From Amoeboradix gromovi X-113 (taxonomy: Eukaryota; Fungi; Sanchytriomycota), in NCBI GenBank assembly GCA_018985225.1, contig JADGIF010000024.1, positions 1-32,000 on the forward strand: DNA of 32,000 bases, read 5' to 3'. Positions 10,201-20,374 of the stretch are shown here, piece by piece; within the stretch, counting starts at the first letter, position 1, and every line of letters starts with the position of its first letter. Below the pieces are notes generated by a model. That model was not told the DNA's origin, did no database searches, and saw only the letters and a list, made by a program, of their open reading frames with translations. A program made the position numbers and the translations under genes.

Positions 10201-10682
10201 TACTGAGTGTACTAGGGCAGTCGCTAATTCATGGCATCTCGTTTTATATAGTAGGTAGCCAAGTTATGGAGATAGAGGGTAAGTTAGAATTTGACTTTGA
10301 AAATAAAAAGAAATTTGTCCCAACTTTGTTGAATACCACTACATATCTGCTAAGCATGAGTATGCAAACTAGCACATTTTGGGTAAACTATATAGGAAGA
10401 CCATTTAGAGAAGATATAAGAGAGAACTCAGTATTGTATAGAGGATTGTTGGCAGGGCTAGGTGTAGCGTTTGTAGGTGTATTAGAGATTGTACAGGAGT
10501 TCAATAATTTTCTACAATTAGTGCCATTAAATGACGTATTTTAATTATTTATGTAGCTCAAGAATTGGCTAGGAATTGTAATGTTAGTTGATTTTATGGG
10601 ATCTTTGATTTGGGAAAGAATAATGTTTTATTTATTTGCAAGTAATAAACAAAATAAATTGGAGGAGTGCTTGGAAAGATGA
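7206..10682 (+). CDS. SPF1: P5A-type ATPase (ER transmembrane helix dislocase), join(7206..10535, 10557..10682), 1151 aa
   Basis: SGESTP, VPPELPMELS, FDKTGTLT, MITGDN, GDGSNDVGALK and GDASIAAPFTSK. The last TM helix (LKNWLGIVMLVDFMGSLIWERIMFYLF) is recovered after a 21-nt intron. Confidence 0.96.
10536..10556 (+). other. 21-nt spliceosomal intron in SPF1 (GTATTTTAATTATTTATGTAG)
   Basis: GT..AG, phase 0, with in-frame TAA and TAG. The downstream exon encodes the expected final TM helix. Confidence 0.85.
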
Positions 10683-10795
10683 TAGAGCAACTATGATTGT
10701 AATTTAATAAATGCTGTAACTATCACGTCTATAGTATGATATCGTTCTCTTCAGTACAAGTGGGATGGTATTCTTAGTTTGCCTCCTGGAAACAA

Positions 10796-11323
10796 ATGAC
10801 TTCCACGCTTCCAAGACCATTACTGAAGTTATTTGGACCACGGCCGCCATTAGAATATTTGCCGCCTGTTGCTAGGCTAAAGAGAGATATAAAAATAGGA
10901 TGTATATATCCGTATTTACAAAACATAGAGCCCATGGAAAACATGGTCGTGGATGAGAAGGAAGATTACGTTACTAGGATACAACGCGAATATGATCAAC
11001 GTAACAGTAAAATCAAATTAAAAACATCGAATGCTTACGCTACCCTTTTTATTGGCAGATTACCCAAGGATGCAAATGAGCAATCCTTGCTTGAAATAGC
11101 AAATGACTTTGGCGACACTGTTGGTATCAAACTGATTCTCGGAAAAAGAAGTAGATATGCCTTCATCGAATACAAATCTGAGCACAACGTAAGGCAAGCA
11201 TTAAGAGGATTCCCTAGAAATTATAAAAATAAAAGAATTGTAGTTGACGTTGAAAAAGCAAGAACGTATAAGCAGTTTATTCCAAACAGGTACAAGGTTC
11301 TAAAAAAGGACTACAATAAATAA
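10796..11323 (+). CDS. SNP1: U1 snRNP 70 kDa protein (short form)
   Basis: N-terminus MTSTLPRPLLKLFGPRPPLEYLPP, then an RRM (AYATLFIGRL...YAFIEY...RIVVDVEKART...FIPNR). No C-terminal RS/RD region. Confidence 0.9.
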   Translation: MTSTLPRPLLKLFGPRPPLEYLPPVARLKRDIKIGCIYPYLQNIEPMENMVVDEKEDYVTRIQREYDQRNSKIKLKTSNAYATLFIGRLPKDANEQSLLEIANDFGDTVGIKLILGKRSRYAFIEYKSEHNVRQALRGFPRNYKNKRIVVDVEKARTYKQFIPNRYKVLKKDYNK

Positions 11324-11380
11324 TTCTATATAGTTGTTGAATAATTAAAATTATGATATCTAATGCTTTTATTGCTATGA

Positions 11381-14300
11381 TCAAGAGACTCCATCCTCTG
11401 GTAGTTGAACTTTAAGCGCCCCCTTCCTTATGAATTTGATATGTCCATCGTATCCGGTTGTGTATACATTCAAATGAGATTGGCAAATGCTAGATATTCC
11501 ACTTTTTTCCAACGCACCCATGAATTTTGTGCTGTGAAGTTTCTTATAGTTCCTTATGCAGTCGTGCGAATCCAGACTGAACTGCTTTAAGCTACCTTCC
11601 ACACTTCCGGTCATAAAGCTATCGAGATCTTCGTTTATCAACATAGTGTTTATGCTTGAGTTGTGCGCATGGAAAGTATCTATAATCTTATGCTGCCTTA
11701 TATCTATTACTGTTATTTCACCCTTTTTACCGACACTTATCAGCTGATTATTGTGATATCCTATTCTGTAAGTGCAGTGCTCTGATATAGAGTATGTTTC
11801 TACTTCTGCTCTGTTCTGCGGTAGTAAGCTATCGTAGATACCAATCTTACCTCCATTTTGCTTACCACTAACTGCTAATAACGTACCACTGTTCAAGAAA
11901 CAGAAGTCATTTCCTACTCTATAGTTGAGCTGATTTTCCATTACCGGTGTCTTACCATGCACCAGATCATACAGCAGCAGATGTCCATCAACACTCCAAC
12001 AACCGAATTTCTCGCCAAATGGATCAAAGTTGATTTTAACTTGCGGATTCCTCAGAACAAACTCTATTATCACTTTGGACGTGTTAAATTGATAGACTCC
12101 TATACTGCTTGTATTTGTATTTGTCATACTCCATGAGTTGCTCGTATTTGGGGTGTTCTGTTGCTCGCATGCATATATCTTGTACTTTGGATTTATTGCA
12201 AGTTCTTTGCATACTATAGGTCTATTCAGCTTCACAACTTCATTTATGAATGACTCGCTAATACTCTGACTATCTGTCTTTTTTCTATGGAAGGCATTTA
12301 GAAAACTAGCATTTCTAGGCAGAGTGCCTGTCGGTGATCCTACATTTGGACTATGTCCTCCACTCATTGGGGCTGACATTGGAGGTGTGTTTGTAGGATG
12401 GTACTCTTCCAACTCTGCTTGAGATGATATTTGAGTTAAGCTTTCCTCCAGCTGATTCTTTGGTATGCCGTCGTTCGTCTTTGATGACACAGAGCATTGG
12501 TCTGTGTCTACATCCATGTAGCAACACCAAGCATAGTTCACGTCTATCTCATATATCCCTTTACTCGTACATATCACCAGCTCATTATCGTTTACTACAT
12601 TTATACCGCTTGCAAATATTACAGTTTGTAGCTTAACCAAATCATGCACATTCTCTTCTATAATTGCGTTTTCTATCACTATGTTGGTGTTTGGTTGCAA
12701 TGACTGTTTATTTGTTAAATTCTTGATTAAACCCTGTTGACTTGCCCATGTGTAACACAGTTCCCAGACATCTTGCATGCTACTGTACTGCAGATTGTTA
12801 TAATAGTTCCCAAAGTCGTATATTTTATTCTTTGAGGATTCATTTTCTAATTCTAAACATTTTATCATAATGGGATGTATTAAGCGTGATATGAACTGGT
12901 TGCTCTGTTGCTGCTCTACCAGCACCTGCCCTGTGTGCCTGTTTATTTGCTCTTCTTCTCTTTGTGATTGATTCAACATATGATGCATGATGAATCTGTA
13001 AATCAGCAAGTCCAATACTTGCTTACTCTCTCGGCCTGATACTGTGTTAGGAAAGAGAGGCTCTTCTTTATCGTTGCTGTTTATGTTTGTGTATACTTGC
13101 TGCAGTATTACCTTGAGCTCGACTAGCATTTGCTGGTTCAATAATGCAAATATCGACAAACTATTTTGCAGTATTATTGCGATTTTGTAATACTCTTTTA
13201 GTTCCATATAAACATTGATCAGCAATGTTATGCAGGTGCATGTAATTTGATTTATTACTGCAGAGTTGTTATCACAGCAGTCTATTATGGTAGCCAATAG
13301 ATTTATACCATTGATACTCAAGTACTGGTACAGACTAGAGCTCTGAGTATTGCCCGTATCGCACTGGTTCAAGAGCCGTGTGCTGTATAATAGCAGTTGC
13401 TCGTTAAATGTAGATGTGCTGGAAGCAATACTGGCAGCAGTTGCGCAAGTGTTGAGTTCCACTATCTCATAATACAAAGTGAACAAATGCGCATGCATAC
13501 AATACCATGTCATGTATTCGTTGAACACAGACTGTTCAATGTCCAGTATTGTGCATATTCTGTTTATTGAGTTAGTAATTCGGTTTTTATAATCCACGCT
13601 GGAATTAGATAATTTTAATTCTACATGTGCCGACAAGGCGGATAGGACGTTGTTAATTAAACCAGATAAACTGTTTGCCATGATGCTAGTTGCACTGCTA
13701 GTGTTAGATGCCGCGACCAGACCCAGCAGCTGATTATACTGCTTATAGTAGTTTGCAGAGGAGTATATGTTGACAGAGTTGGGTTCAACATGATTAGAAA
13801 TTATATATGCATACATTGGATTCAACAGATTATGGCCAACGTTGTCTTTGTTGATTTTGTTCAAAACATTAATGCACGCAGTCTTATTATTTAATTTATA
13901 AAGGCACAGTGCCTGTATATATGCATTACCACTACTGGATATGTGGTTTAATACAGTGTTAATCAGGGCTTTATTGTCCAGAGCAGTTGCTAGTATCAGT
14001 GCTAAATCGTCCATTTCACAATGGTTCAATAGCACCATTATTGCTGACTCGTACTCTGTGCCCAGCAAAAAGAAAGATACTGCCATCAGGTACCTCTGCT
14101 TGCTTAACAATACATATGCATTTTTAGTGGCTGTTAGGGCACTCGGACTTGCAATATAGCTTTTTAGAAAGAGAACCATTTTGTTAGCATCTGGGAGTGT
14201 ACTATGCTTCCATAACATGGCGATAATATTGATTTTATTGTTGTTCCTATTCAGTCCCAAGTAGAGTATCATGACAAGCTCAATGTTCTTGGATTTAATG

Positions 14301-17152
14301 TATTCTTGCTTTGCTAGCTGTTCTATGTTGCTAAAATTGCAGTAAAATGCACATTTGTTGAGGATGTAGTCATTTAGCGACCATGTAGGATCTATGGCTG
14401 GGTTAGAGAATACTCCGAACCAGGCCAAAATGCTACCGGTAAGCATAGTAGCTAGAGTAGGTGTGACGGAAGAGCTCGCAGGCGTCGCTAGCAATAGATC
14501 ATAAATCATGTCAAACCTATCCTTGCGATGTATTTTACTGAAGTAATGCAAAATCTGCACAAGAGACTGTACTTCAGGGTCATCTAGTTTGATAAGCTCA
14601 CAGGTTTGTTTACTAGTCAAAGATTGCAACAAGTCACTGATAATCTCGTCAATTGCTGTCAAATCACTAGTACTAGTTCTCTGCTCCTGCTCTACTACAT
14701 CATCGTAAACTAGCGGAATTGAAATTTTGTTAATGATAAAAAAGTGCAGCCTGTTCAAAATAACGGTCACAATATCAGCACGATTGAGTAGTAAGTATTG
14801 ATGAATGATAAAAGGATGATACTCCGGTAAAGGGCTTGAGAGATTAGATATGTAGTCAAGAATTGGAACAATCCCCTGGTAAGGCATAGAACTGTTGGTA
14901 CTAATGTTGTTGGTCTTCAATATGCTCAAATGCTGCTTGTTCATTATACATATGCTACCATTAAAGAGCCAAGTTAATCTGCAGTTGAGAGTGCTGTTGA
15001 TGCTGATACTGCTTATGATGGTATATTCATTAACAAAGGAGCAAACGTAAATATGGGTCATTGTAGCTACAGCAATAACCTGTGAATCATTGTTAGTGAT
15101 CCAGTCCACAGCACAGATATTGGCGTTACTACTGCCAAGGGCGAATGAAAGAGAGTTTATAAAAATCATTTGATAGTCCATACTTATGTGGTAAAATGAG
15201 ATGCGGTCCTCGTATATTATTGCTATACAGCCAGGACATGATCTGACAAATTGCACGCCATCAGAAACTGGATACTGAGACAATATGGAAATATTATCAG
15301 CATTAGATTCATCGGTAATTGTAAAGCATATCAATAACTGGTCATAAATACCACAAAACAGAGGAATAGTAGTAGGGTTGGCGCTGTAAAACGTGCTTGT
15401 AAACAATCTGTTAATATGGCAAATAGAGTGCTTAAATTGTGACTTTATAGTGAAATCAGCATCATTGACATCGGCTAGAGTAGCAAGTGTGCAAATATGA
15501 ATAGAATCAGTATTGGCCAGGAAGAGCAAGAGCTGAAGGTTGTCTAGGTGCGAGCTAGGTGGATTGATAAATAAATGATAATCGGTATAATCAAAAGGAA
15601 TGTAACACTTGCTGAACAGCTGCAATGATGGTTTGTTGTTGATATATACAATGTGGTAGACGTAGCATTTAAAGTGGGCAAAAATGATAAAAGCAGGATC
15701 ATTGGGGATCCATTTAATAGATCTGGGTAAAGTTTTATCAATATTCAATTTGCCGATTTCTATAAGCAGATGATCAACAACTTGCCAGACGATAACATCA
15801 GAATCCCGGTAAGAGATAAGAAACGGGAATAAATGGTCAGGATGACGTATAAAGCCAAAATACTTGACTGTATTACAAACTATATGACCCTGATAATTGG
15901 CAATGAGTTCAAAAGTGCTGCTGGAGTGTTGTTTAAGGAACGACTCAATAAAATCAACATGGTATACATGAATATGACCATTCATTAGGTTCTGGCCAAT
16001 AAAGTATAGCTTGTAAGGACTCATTTCTTCATCTAGAACCACTGGGGGCGCAGCATGATAAGTGTGAATTGTAGATAAAAAGTAGGATGAGTCAGAGTCA
16101 ACATCTGGCTTGTCAACAGGATTAAACGCGTACACGTTTAAGAGATTCACAACACGAGCAATGCTACGGGGAGTGGTCTGCATATTAAGTAAGGACCACA
16201 CAAGCAAATTCCCATTGCTTGAAATGCCAAATATCAATACTGGATGTTCATGCATCAACAATTGCACTTTTTGCTGCCAATAATGAAGAGTTTCATCTTG
16301 CAATAAGGATGGATTTGGAAGATTGTAGTTCATAAAGGTCATTTCATCCTGCTGTCTAGTAGGTGTTAAATGCTTGACATTGGAGGTGTCCAGCATTCTA
16401 GACAATACTGATTTGCTTAACCAATGGAGCGATATGTAGTTATTGTTATTGGAAAACTTAGAAGGTTCAATTAAACAAGTGAGGCATAATCTATTTTCGT
16501 CTTCTTGATAAATTCTGGTAGTCATATCCATGCAATTGGTAAGTAGTATGTGCCCGTCGTTCTTCCACTCAACATGAACAACTGGTTTAGGATGTTTTAG
16601 ATAAGCAAAAGAATAGTCAATCCGCTTGCCGCGTAGTAATGCATGTTTGAGGCTCCATACTTTCAGAAGATGATCCTGGTAGCCGCTAGTTATTATAAAT
16701 TTACCATCCTCGGTACAAGATAATAAATAAATAGGAAAAGGCATTCTAGAACGGAAAACAACATGCAGGTCGTGATTGCAAACCACAAAATCATTACTTC
16801 CTACAAAAACAAATTGGTTAGAACTGCTTATTTTATTAACAGTAGAGCCAAGACTAACTTTGCATATTAACTGGCCTTCTAGAGACAAAGAAGCAATTTG
16901 ATCGTCAAATGATATAAAAATTGTGTTATTATATGAAGATATTGACGTTATGGGGCTACAATTCGTATTACCAATCATGTCAGCCGTAAAAGTCCCTACA
17001 TATTCTATTTTGAACTCACATTTATACACTATGAGATAGGATCCTGTAGCATATACCAGATTGTTTTTACTAGTTAAAATAAACGCAGACGGATTGGGTT
17101 GACCAGCTATTGTGTACATGATATTCTCATTCAAGGCAGCAAATTCAGACAT
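11381..17152 (-). CDS. RAV1: RAVE complex subunit Rav1 / DmX-like (rabconnectin-3 alpha) WD40 protein
   Basis: N-terminal WD40s (YLKHPKPVVHVEW, LLTNCMDMTTRI), LPEYHPFIIHQYLL, the Rav1p_C motif KNAYVLLSKQRYLMAVSFFLLG, and a DMXL-type C-terminal WD40. The start is most likely ATG 17152 (MSEFAA...IAGQPN). Confidence 0.88.
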   Translation of the reverse strand: MSEFAALNENIMYTIAGQPNPSAFILTSKNNLVYATGSYLIVYKCEFKIEYVGTFTADMIGNTNCSPITSISSYNNTIFISFDDQIASLSLEGQLICKVSLGSTVNKISSSNQFVFVGSNDFVVCNHDLHVVFRSRMPFPIYLLSCTEDGKFIITSGYQDHLLKVWSLKHALLRGKRIDYSFAYLKHPKPVVHVEWKNDGHILLTNCMDMTTRIYQEDENRLCLTCLIEPSKFSNNNNYISLHWLSKSVLSRMLDTSNVKHLTPTRQQDEMTFMNYNLPNPSLLQDETLHYWQQKVQLLMHEHPVLIFGISSNGNLLVWSLLNMQTTPRSIARVVNLLNVYAFNPVDKPDVDSDSSYFLSTIHTYHAAPPVVLDEEMSPYKLYFIGQNLMNGHIHVYHVDFIESFLKQHSSSTFELIANYQGHIVCNTVKYFGFIRHPDHLFPFLISYRDSDVIVWQVVDHLLIEIGKLNIDKTLPRSIKWIPNDPAFIIFAHFKCYVYHIVYINNKPSLQLFSKCYIPFDYTDYHLFINPPSSHLDNLQLLLFLANTDSIHICTLATLADVNDADFTIKSQFKHSICHINRLFTSTFYSANPTTIPLFCGIYDQLLICFTITDESNADNISILSQYPVSDGVQFVRSCPGCIAIIYEDRISFYHISMDYQMIFINSLSFALGSSNANICAVDWITNNDSQVIAVATMTHIYVCSFVNEYTIISSISINSTLNCRLTWLFNGSICIMNKQHLSILKTNNISTNSSMPYQGIVPILDYISNLSSPLPEYHPFIIHQYLLLNRADIVTVILNRLHFFIINKISIPLVYDDVVEQEQRTSTSDLTAIDEIISDLLQSLTSKQTCELIKLDDPEVQSLVQILHYFSKIHRKDRFDMIYDLLLATPASSSVTPTLATMLTGSILAWFGVFSNPAIDPTWSLNDYILNKCAFYCNFSNIEQLAKQEYIKSKNIELVMILYLGLNRNNNKINIIAMLWKHSTLPDANKMVLFLKSYIASPSALTATKNAYVLLSKQRYLMAVSFFLLGTEYESAIMVLLNHCEMDDLALILATALDNKALINTVLNHISSSGNAYIQALCLYKLNNKTACINVLNKINKDNVGHNLLNPMYAYIISNHVEPNSVNIYSSANYYKQYNQLLGLVAASNTSSATSIMANSLSGLINNVLSALSAHVELKLSNSSVDYKNRITNSINRICTILDIEQSVFNEYMTWYCMHAHLFTLYYEIVELNTCATAASIASSTSTFNEQLLLYSTRLLNQCDTGNTQSSSLYQYLSINGINLLATIIDCCDNNSAVINQITCTCITLLINVYMELKEYYKIAIILQNSLSIFALLNQQMLVELKVILQQVYTNINSNDKEEPLFPNTVSGRESKQVLDLLIYRFIMHHMLNQSQREEEQINRHTGQVLVEQQQSNQFISRLIHPIMIKCLELENESSKNKIYDFGNYYNNLQYSSMQDVWELCYTWASQQGLIKNLTNKQSLQPNTNIVIENAIIEENVHDLVKLQTVIFASGINVVNDNELVICTSKGIYEIDVNYAWCCYMDVDTDQCSVSSKTNDGIPKNQLEESLTQISSQAELEEYHPTNTPPMSAPMSGGHSPNVGSPTGTLPRNASFLNAFHRKKTDSQSISESFINEVVKLNRPIVCKELAINPKYKIYACEQQNTPNTSNSWSMTNTNTSSIGVYQFNTSKVIIEFVLRNPQVKINFDPFGEKFGCWSVDGHLLLYDLVHGKTPVMENQLNYRVGNDFCFLNSGTLLAVSGKQNGGKIGIYDSLLPQNRAEVETYSISEHCTYRIGYHNNQLISVGKKGEITVIDIRQHKIIDTFHAHNSSINTMLINEDLDSFMTGSVEGSLKQFSLDSHDCIRNYKKLHSTKFMGALEKSGISSICQSHLNVYTTGYDGHIKFIRKGALKVQLPEDGVS

Positions 17153-17739
17153 GGGGGTATCAAAAATGAAAATATAGACTTGAAATCCAAGCAAGTAAGT
17201 CAGATTATAAACAAACTGCGTCCTTGCACATACAGTTATCATGTCTGGCAATACCAGTATGATAGGTTAACTCAAACATTTACCTAAAACAATGGGACGT
17301 CTCTACCAAAGTAAACTGGAAGCGTAAAAGGATGAAAATAAGAAGAAAAAAGGATTGGCTAATTTGATACCCTAAACATTTACAAAGAATTGCCAGAACT
17401 AACCGTCTAGTTCAATTGAATGAAACATTCTTCGCGATTATATGACTTTAATGTACTAATAATTCTTTTTGCAAATACATTCAATGTCATAAAAGCTCAG
17501 TATTATTTCTTTTCATTCATTGAAATGGGTCCAGCTCTTCAGTTCTTGTATGTGTCAATTCTATTGATATCGCTAATAGAGAGAATACAGAAAATGGTTT
17601 TATTTGTACATGTCCTTGTACAATTCCGCCTTAGTGTAGCAGAGCCCGCGCAATTGCTTCAATAGATTGACTGTATTTTTGGCTCCGCTGTAAATGTTCT
17701 GAAAATTCTGAGATATTAGGCCATAGGCAAGTAGCAATT

Positions 17740-17950
17740 GGGACACCAAATATAAATACTAGACCATGTCGTTTTCAAAGTAGGTGCTCCATAAGGAGGA
17801 AATACTATTATGAATAAAAGTCCTTCTCCCAAACCAATTTTCTTTCATTAATGTCATTCCTCTCTTTATAATGAACAAGATGACCCACTATCTTTCAAAT
17901 AGCAAAGGTCTTTGAGTGTATAAGCAAATAGTGATCACTTTATCTTCTTT
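17740..17950 (-). mobile_element. TIR element copy 3 (degenerate right end)
   Basis: GGGACACCAAATATAAATACTAGACCATGT at 17740. The minus strand encodes TQRPLLFER (frameshifted)...IKRGMTLMKENWFGRRTFIHNSISSLWSTYFENDMV*. Confidence 0.8.
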
Positions 17951-18294
17951 AGTCACTTCATTCTTCAAATCTCATAAAATCATTTCCATTTTAGATAATC
18001 TTGATCCATATTTTGTAAATTTTCATTGACAATAATCTGGATGACTAAATTCTTTCATAATGCCATGATAATTATAGTTAATAATTCTAATAGTTTCTTC
18101 AATACTACTAGCTCTAGATAATTGTTCTAAACAGTCTTTAAGCCAAGGAATAACAAACTGACTAGCAAGTAAGAGCGATACATGATATCGAGTTTTCGCC
18201 CAGTATACGGCTTATATAATAGGGCATTTCTGCTCAGCTGCTTCTAATTTTTTGAAACTTTTGTTTTATAAAGTTAACTTAGTTCCTGTAGATC

Positions 18295-20301
18295 ATGCCC
18301 CCAATGGATAGGCTGGATAATATTCTTGGATGGTTTAGTGCTGATAAAGAAGAAGTGCTGCTAGATACCACCCAACGATGCTATAGAAACACTGTAAGAG
18401 TAATTCAAGAATCCATTCAGTTAGCAAGTGTGGACAAAATCATTAGATTGAAAGACACTAATATTGCTGTGAATTTAGAGCAGTTGAGTCAAGTCTTTAG
18501 TAACAAAAAGAGATCACAGTCCATAGATTATTTGCTGAAAGCCAATTGTGTTGATATTATGGGATCACTAGCAATTCAAGATAAACCCAAAGGCGTACTA
18601 TTCGAATTCCTAATGTTTCTGGGGAATATAATTAGAGAAATGCCACTGGTTCTTATATCCAGTTTTGAAATACATCAACCAATTATGAGAATATTATGGC
18701 AAATTGATAAAATACCATACAAAGAACCTTTATTGCAATTGATACATGCTCTGACTAGTAAAATAAGAGTAAATCCTCGATTGTTCCACATATTCTTTTA
18801 CAAAATGTCATTTCAAGTTAAGTCTTCTTTGGCAAAATCAATGAAAGACGTAAAATCGATCTTAATGTTAAAGGAGAATGAGTGGGTTTGCCCATTAATG
18901 ACGCCCATATTGCTGAATATACACACTAGTAACACACTAGGCGATGTGGCAAGACACGCTCTGGTTGATTTACTCTCGATTTCACATTTGGAACATTTAG
19001 ACTCGATGACATTGGATTGCTGGATCAAATTCTTGTTTGAAAGTGATTTGGGAGGTTTTATATATAGCGGTATAGTGCAGCAATGGCGCGACTCCACTCA
19101 ATTGGTAACTGATATACAGAATGATCAGTTACCCCCAGATGCTTTAATTAACATTTTACTACTTGTCGAGCAGTTGATGCGAATGAAGATTAGGTTAGAG
19201 ATCAAGTTAGAATGTCTAAGGTGCTGTAAAGAAGCATTTCTGCACGCCGCTGGTGACATGGTCAGATTAATAAGCGAATTTTCAAATGTCGCTAATGAAG
19301 TCAGATTAAGAAAGTGTATCGATTTGACATGTAAAATAACGACAGTTCTAACCTCAAGTACGACTACTAATCAGTTAAAAGCTGAATTTATCATAATATC
19401 ACGTTTGAATGGGTTCCATGGTGATATAAATGGTGAGGATGTCTATGTATTCAATTGGACAGGATCACTGGGTAGATTATTCGTAGAATCAACTTGTTTG
19501 GGTACCAAAATACCAGGCATACTGCAGATTGGTGATTTTAAGCAATCTTTTACTGAAGTAATGGACCTACAAAGGATCCAAATTCCGAGTGGACCATTGC
19601 CTATACCACTAATAGTTGACATTTTAACCTGCTTTGAAAAAGACAGAAATCTGTATCCACTCTCTAAACTCTGCAATGTCAGAAATGCAGAGTCGTTGAG
19701 TATTTTATCAGTTTTATTTGACAATTTGAATGAATTACAACAGTCGCCAATATTTATTCGGTACAAATATTTGCTGATGTTGTTAATAAGGAATCATGGT
19801 ACTTCGTTTGTAGTGTCTTATATCCCTGAATCGTCGAAAAAAACTTATGATTTTAACCAGTACAATAAACAACGCGAGCTGTGTTGGCTATTGTTAGCTG
19901 AGCTAAGCGGCGAATTGACTGAAAGCGTAGCATCCGCTAGTCTGGACAGATACATGAACGAAACACAAACTACAGAAGTTGAGATATTTAGATCCGATGG
20001 TGTAGCTACTTTTGATGATAACTTGTTTTTAGATTTCATATTTACAAGCTTGGCAAGCATCCACGAGGACGATCATCAAAATGCTCTGATCATCTTGTCA
20101 ATAATCTCAGGATTGTGCAATACAGATTATAAATTAGCAGATTATATTTTTAACAGGGTGCTACCTATATGTGCAGAGTTGCTGATGAGCGTTAAATTAA
20201 TGAACAAGAATCACCCGTTTAAAAAGATTGTAATAGACAGCACATTCGAGTTATTGAGTATTTGGAGAAAGAGGGGTTTTATGTACTACAAGAGCGAATA
20301 G
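18295..20301 (+). CDS. FHIP/FAM160 family (FTS-Hook-interacting, RAI16-like domain) protein
   Basis: IDYLLKANCVDIMGSLAIQDKPKGV...IHQPIMRIL, LTSKIRVNPRLFHIFF and IHTSNTLGDVARHAL resemble the FAM160 N-terminal blocks. Confidence 0.75.
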   Translation: MPPMDRLDNILGWFSADKEEVLLDTTQRCYRNTVRVIQESIQLASVDKIIRLKDTNIAVNLEQLSQVFSNKKRSQSIDYLLKANCVDIMGSLAIQDKPKGVLFEFLMFLGNIIREMPLVLISSFEIHQPIMRILWQIDKIPYKEPLLQLIHALTSKIRVNPRLFHIFFYKMSFQVKSSLAKSMKDVKSILMLKENEWVCPLMTPILLNIHTSNTLGDVARHALVDLLSISHLEHLDSMTLDCWIKFLFESDLGGFIYSGIVQQWRDSTQLVTDIQNDQLPPDALINILLLVEQLMRMKIRLEIKLECLRCCKEAFLHAAGDMVRLISEFSNVANEVRLRKCIDLTCKITTVLTSSTTTNQLKAEFIIISRLNGFHGDINGEDVYVFNWTGSLGRLFVESTCLGTKIPGILQIGDFKQSFTEVMDLQRIQIPSGPLPIPLIVDILTCFEKDRNLYPLSKLCNVRNAESLSILSVLFDNLNELQQSPIFIRYKYLLMLLIRNHGTSFVVSYIPESSKKTYDFNQYNKQRELCWLLLAELSGELTESVASASLDRYMNETQTTEVEIFRSDGVATFDDNLFLDFIFTSLASIHEDDHQNALIILSIISGLCNTDYKLADYIFNRVLPICAELLMSVKLMNKNHPFKKIVIDSTFELLSIWRKRGFMYYKSE

Positions 20302-20374
20302 GAAAAATAAATAATGTTGCATTTAAGCTGAACTATCTACTTTTCAGTCTGCAAGCTAAAAAACTAGCATAGAA

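Noticed and set aside
10536-10556. Stop-codon reassignment (TAA/TAG read as Gln) instead of introns
   Set aside because: Long ORFs have no internal stops, TAA and TAG terminate genes normally, and the 19- and 20-nt cases need a frame change.
17294-17320. GGGACGTC...AAACTGGA, and similar GGGAAC/GACCC motifs near 23348 and 23566, as further TIRs
   Set aside because: Similarity to the 30-bp TIR is only patchy and there is no adjoining element body.
17420-17665. 81-aa ORF; also ORFs 26603-26863, 29051-29233, 31143-31424 and 31205-31420
   Set aside because: No motifs or paralog support, and lengths are compatible with chance.
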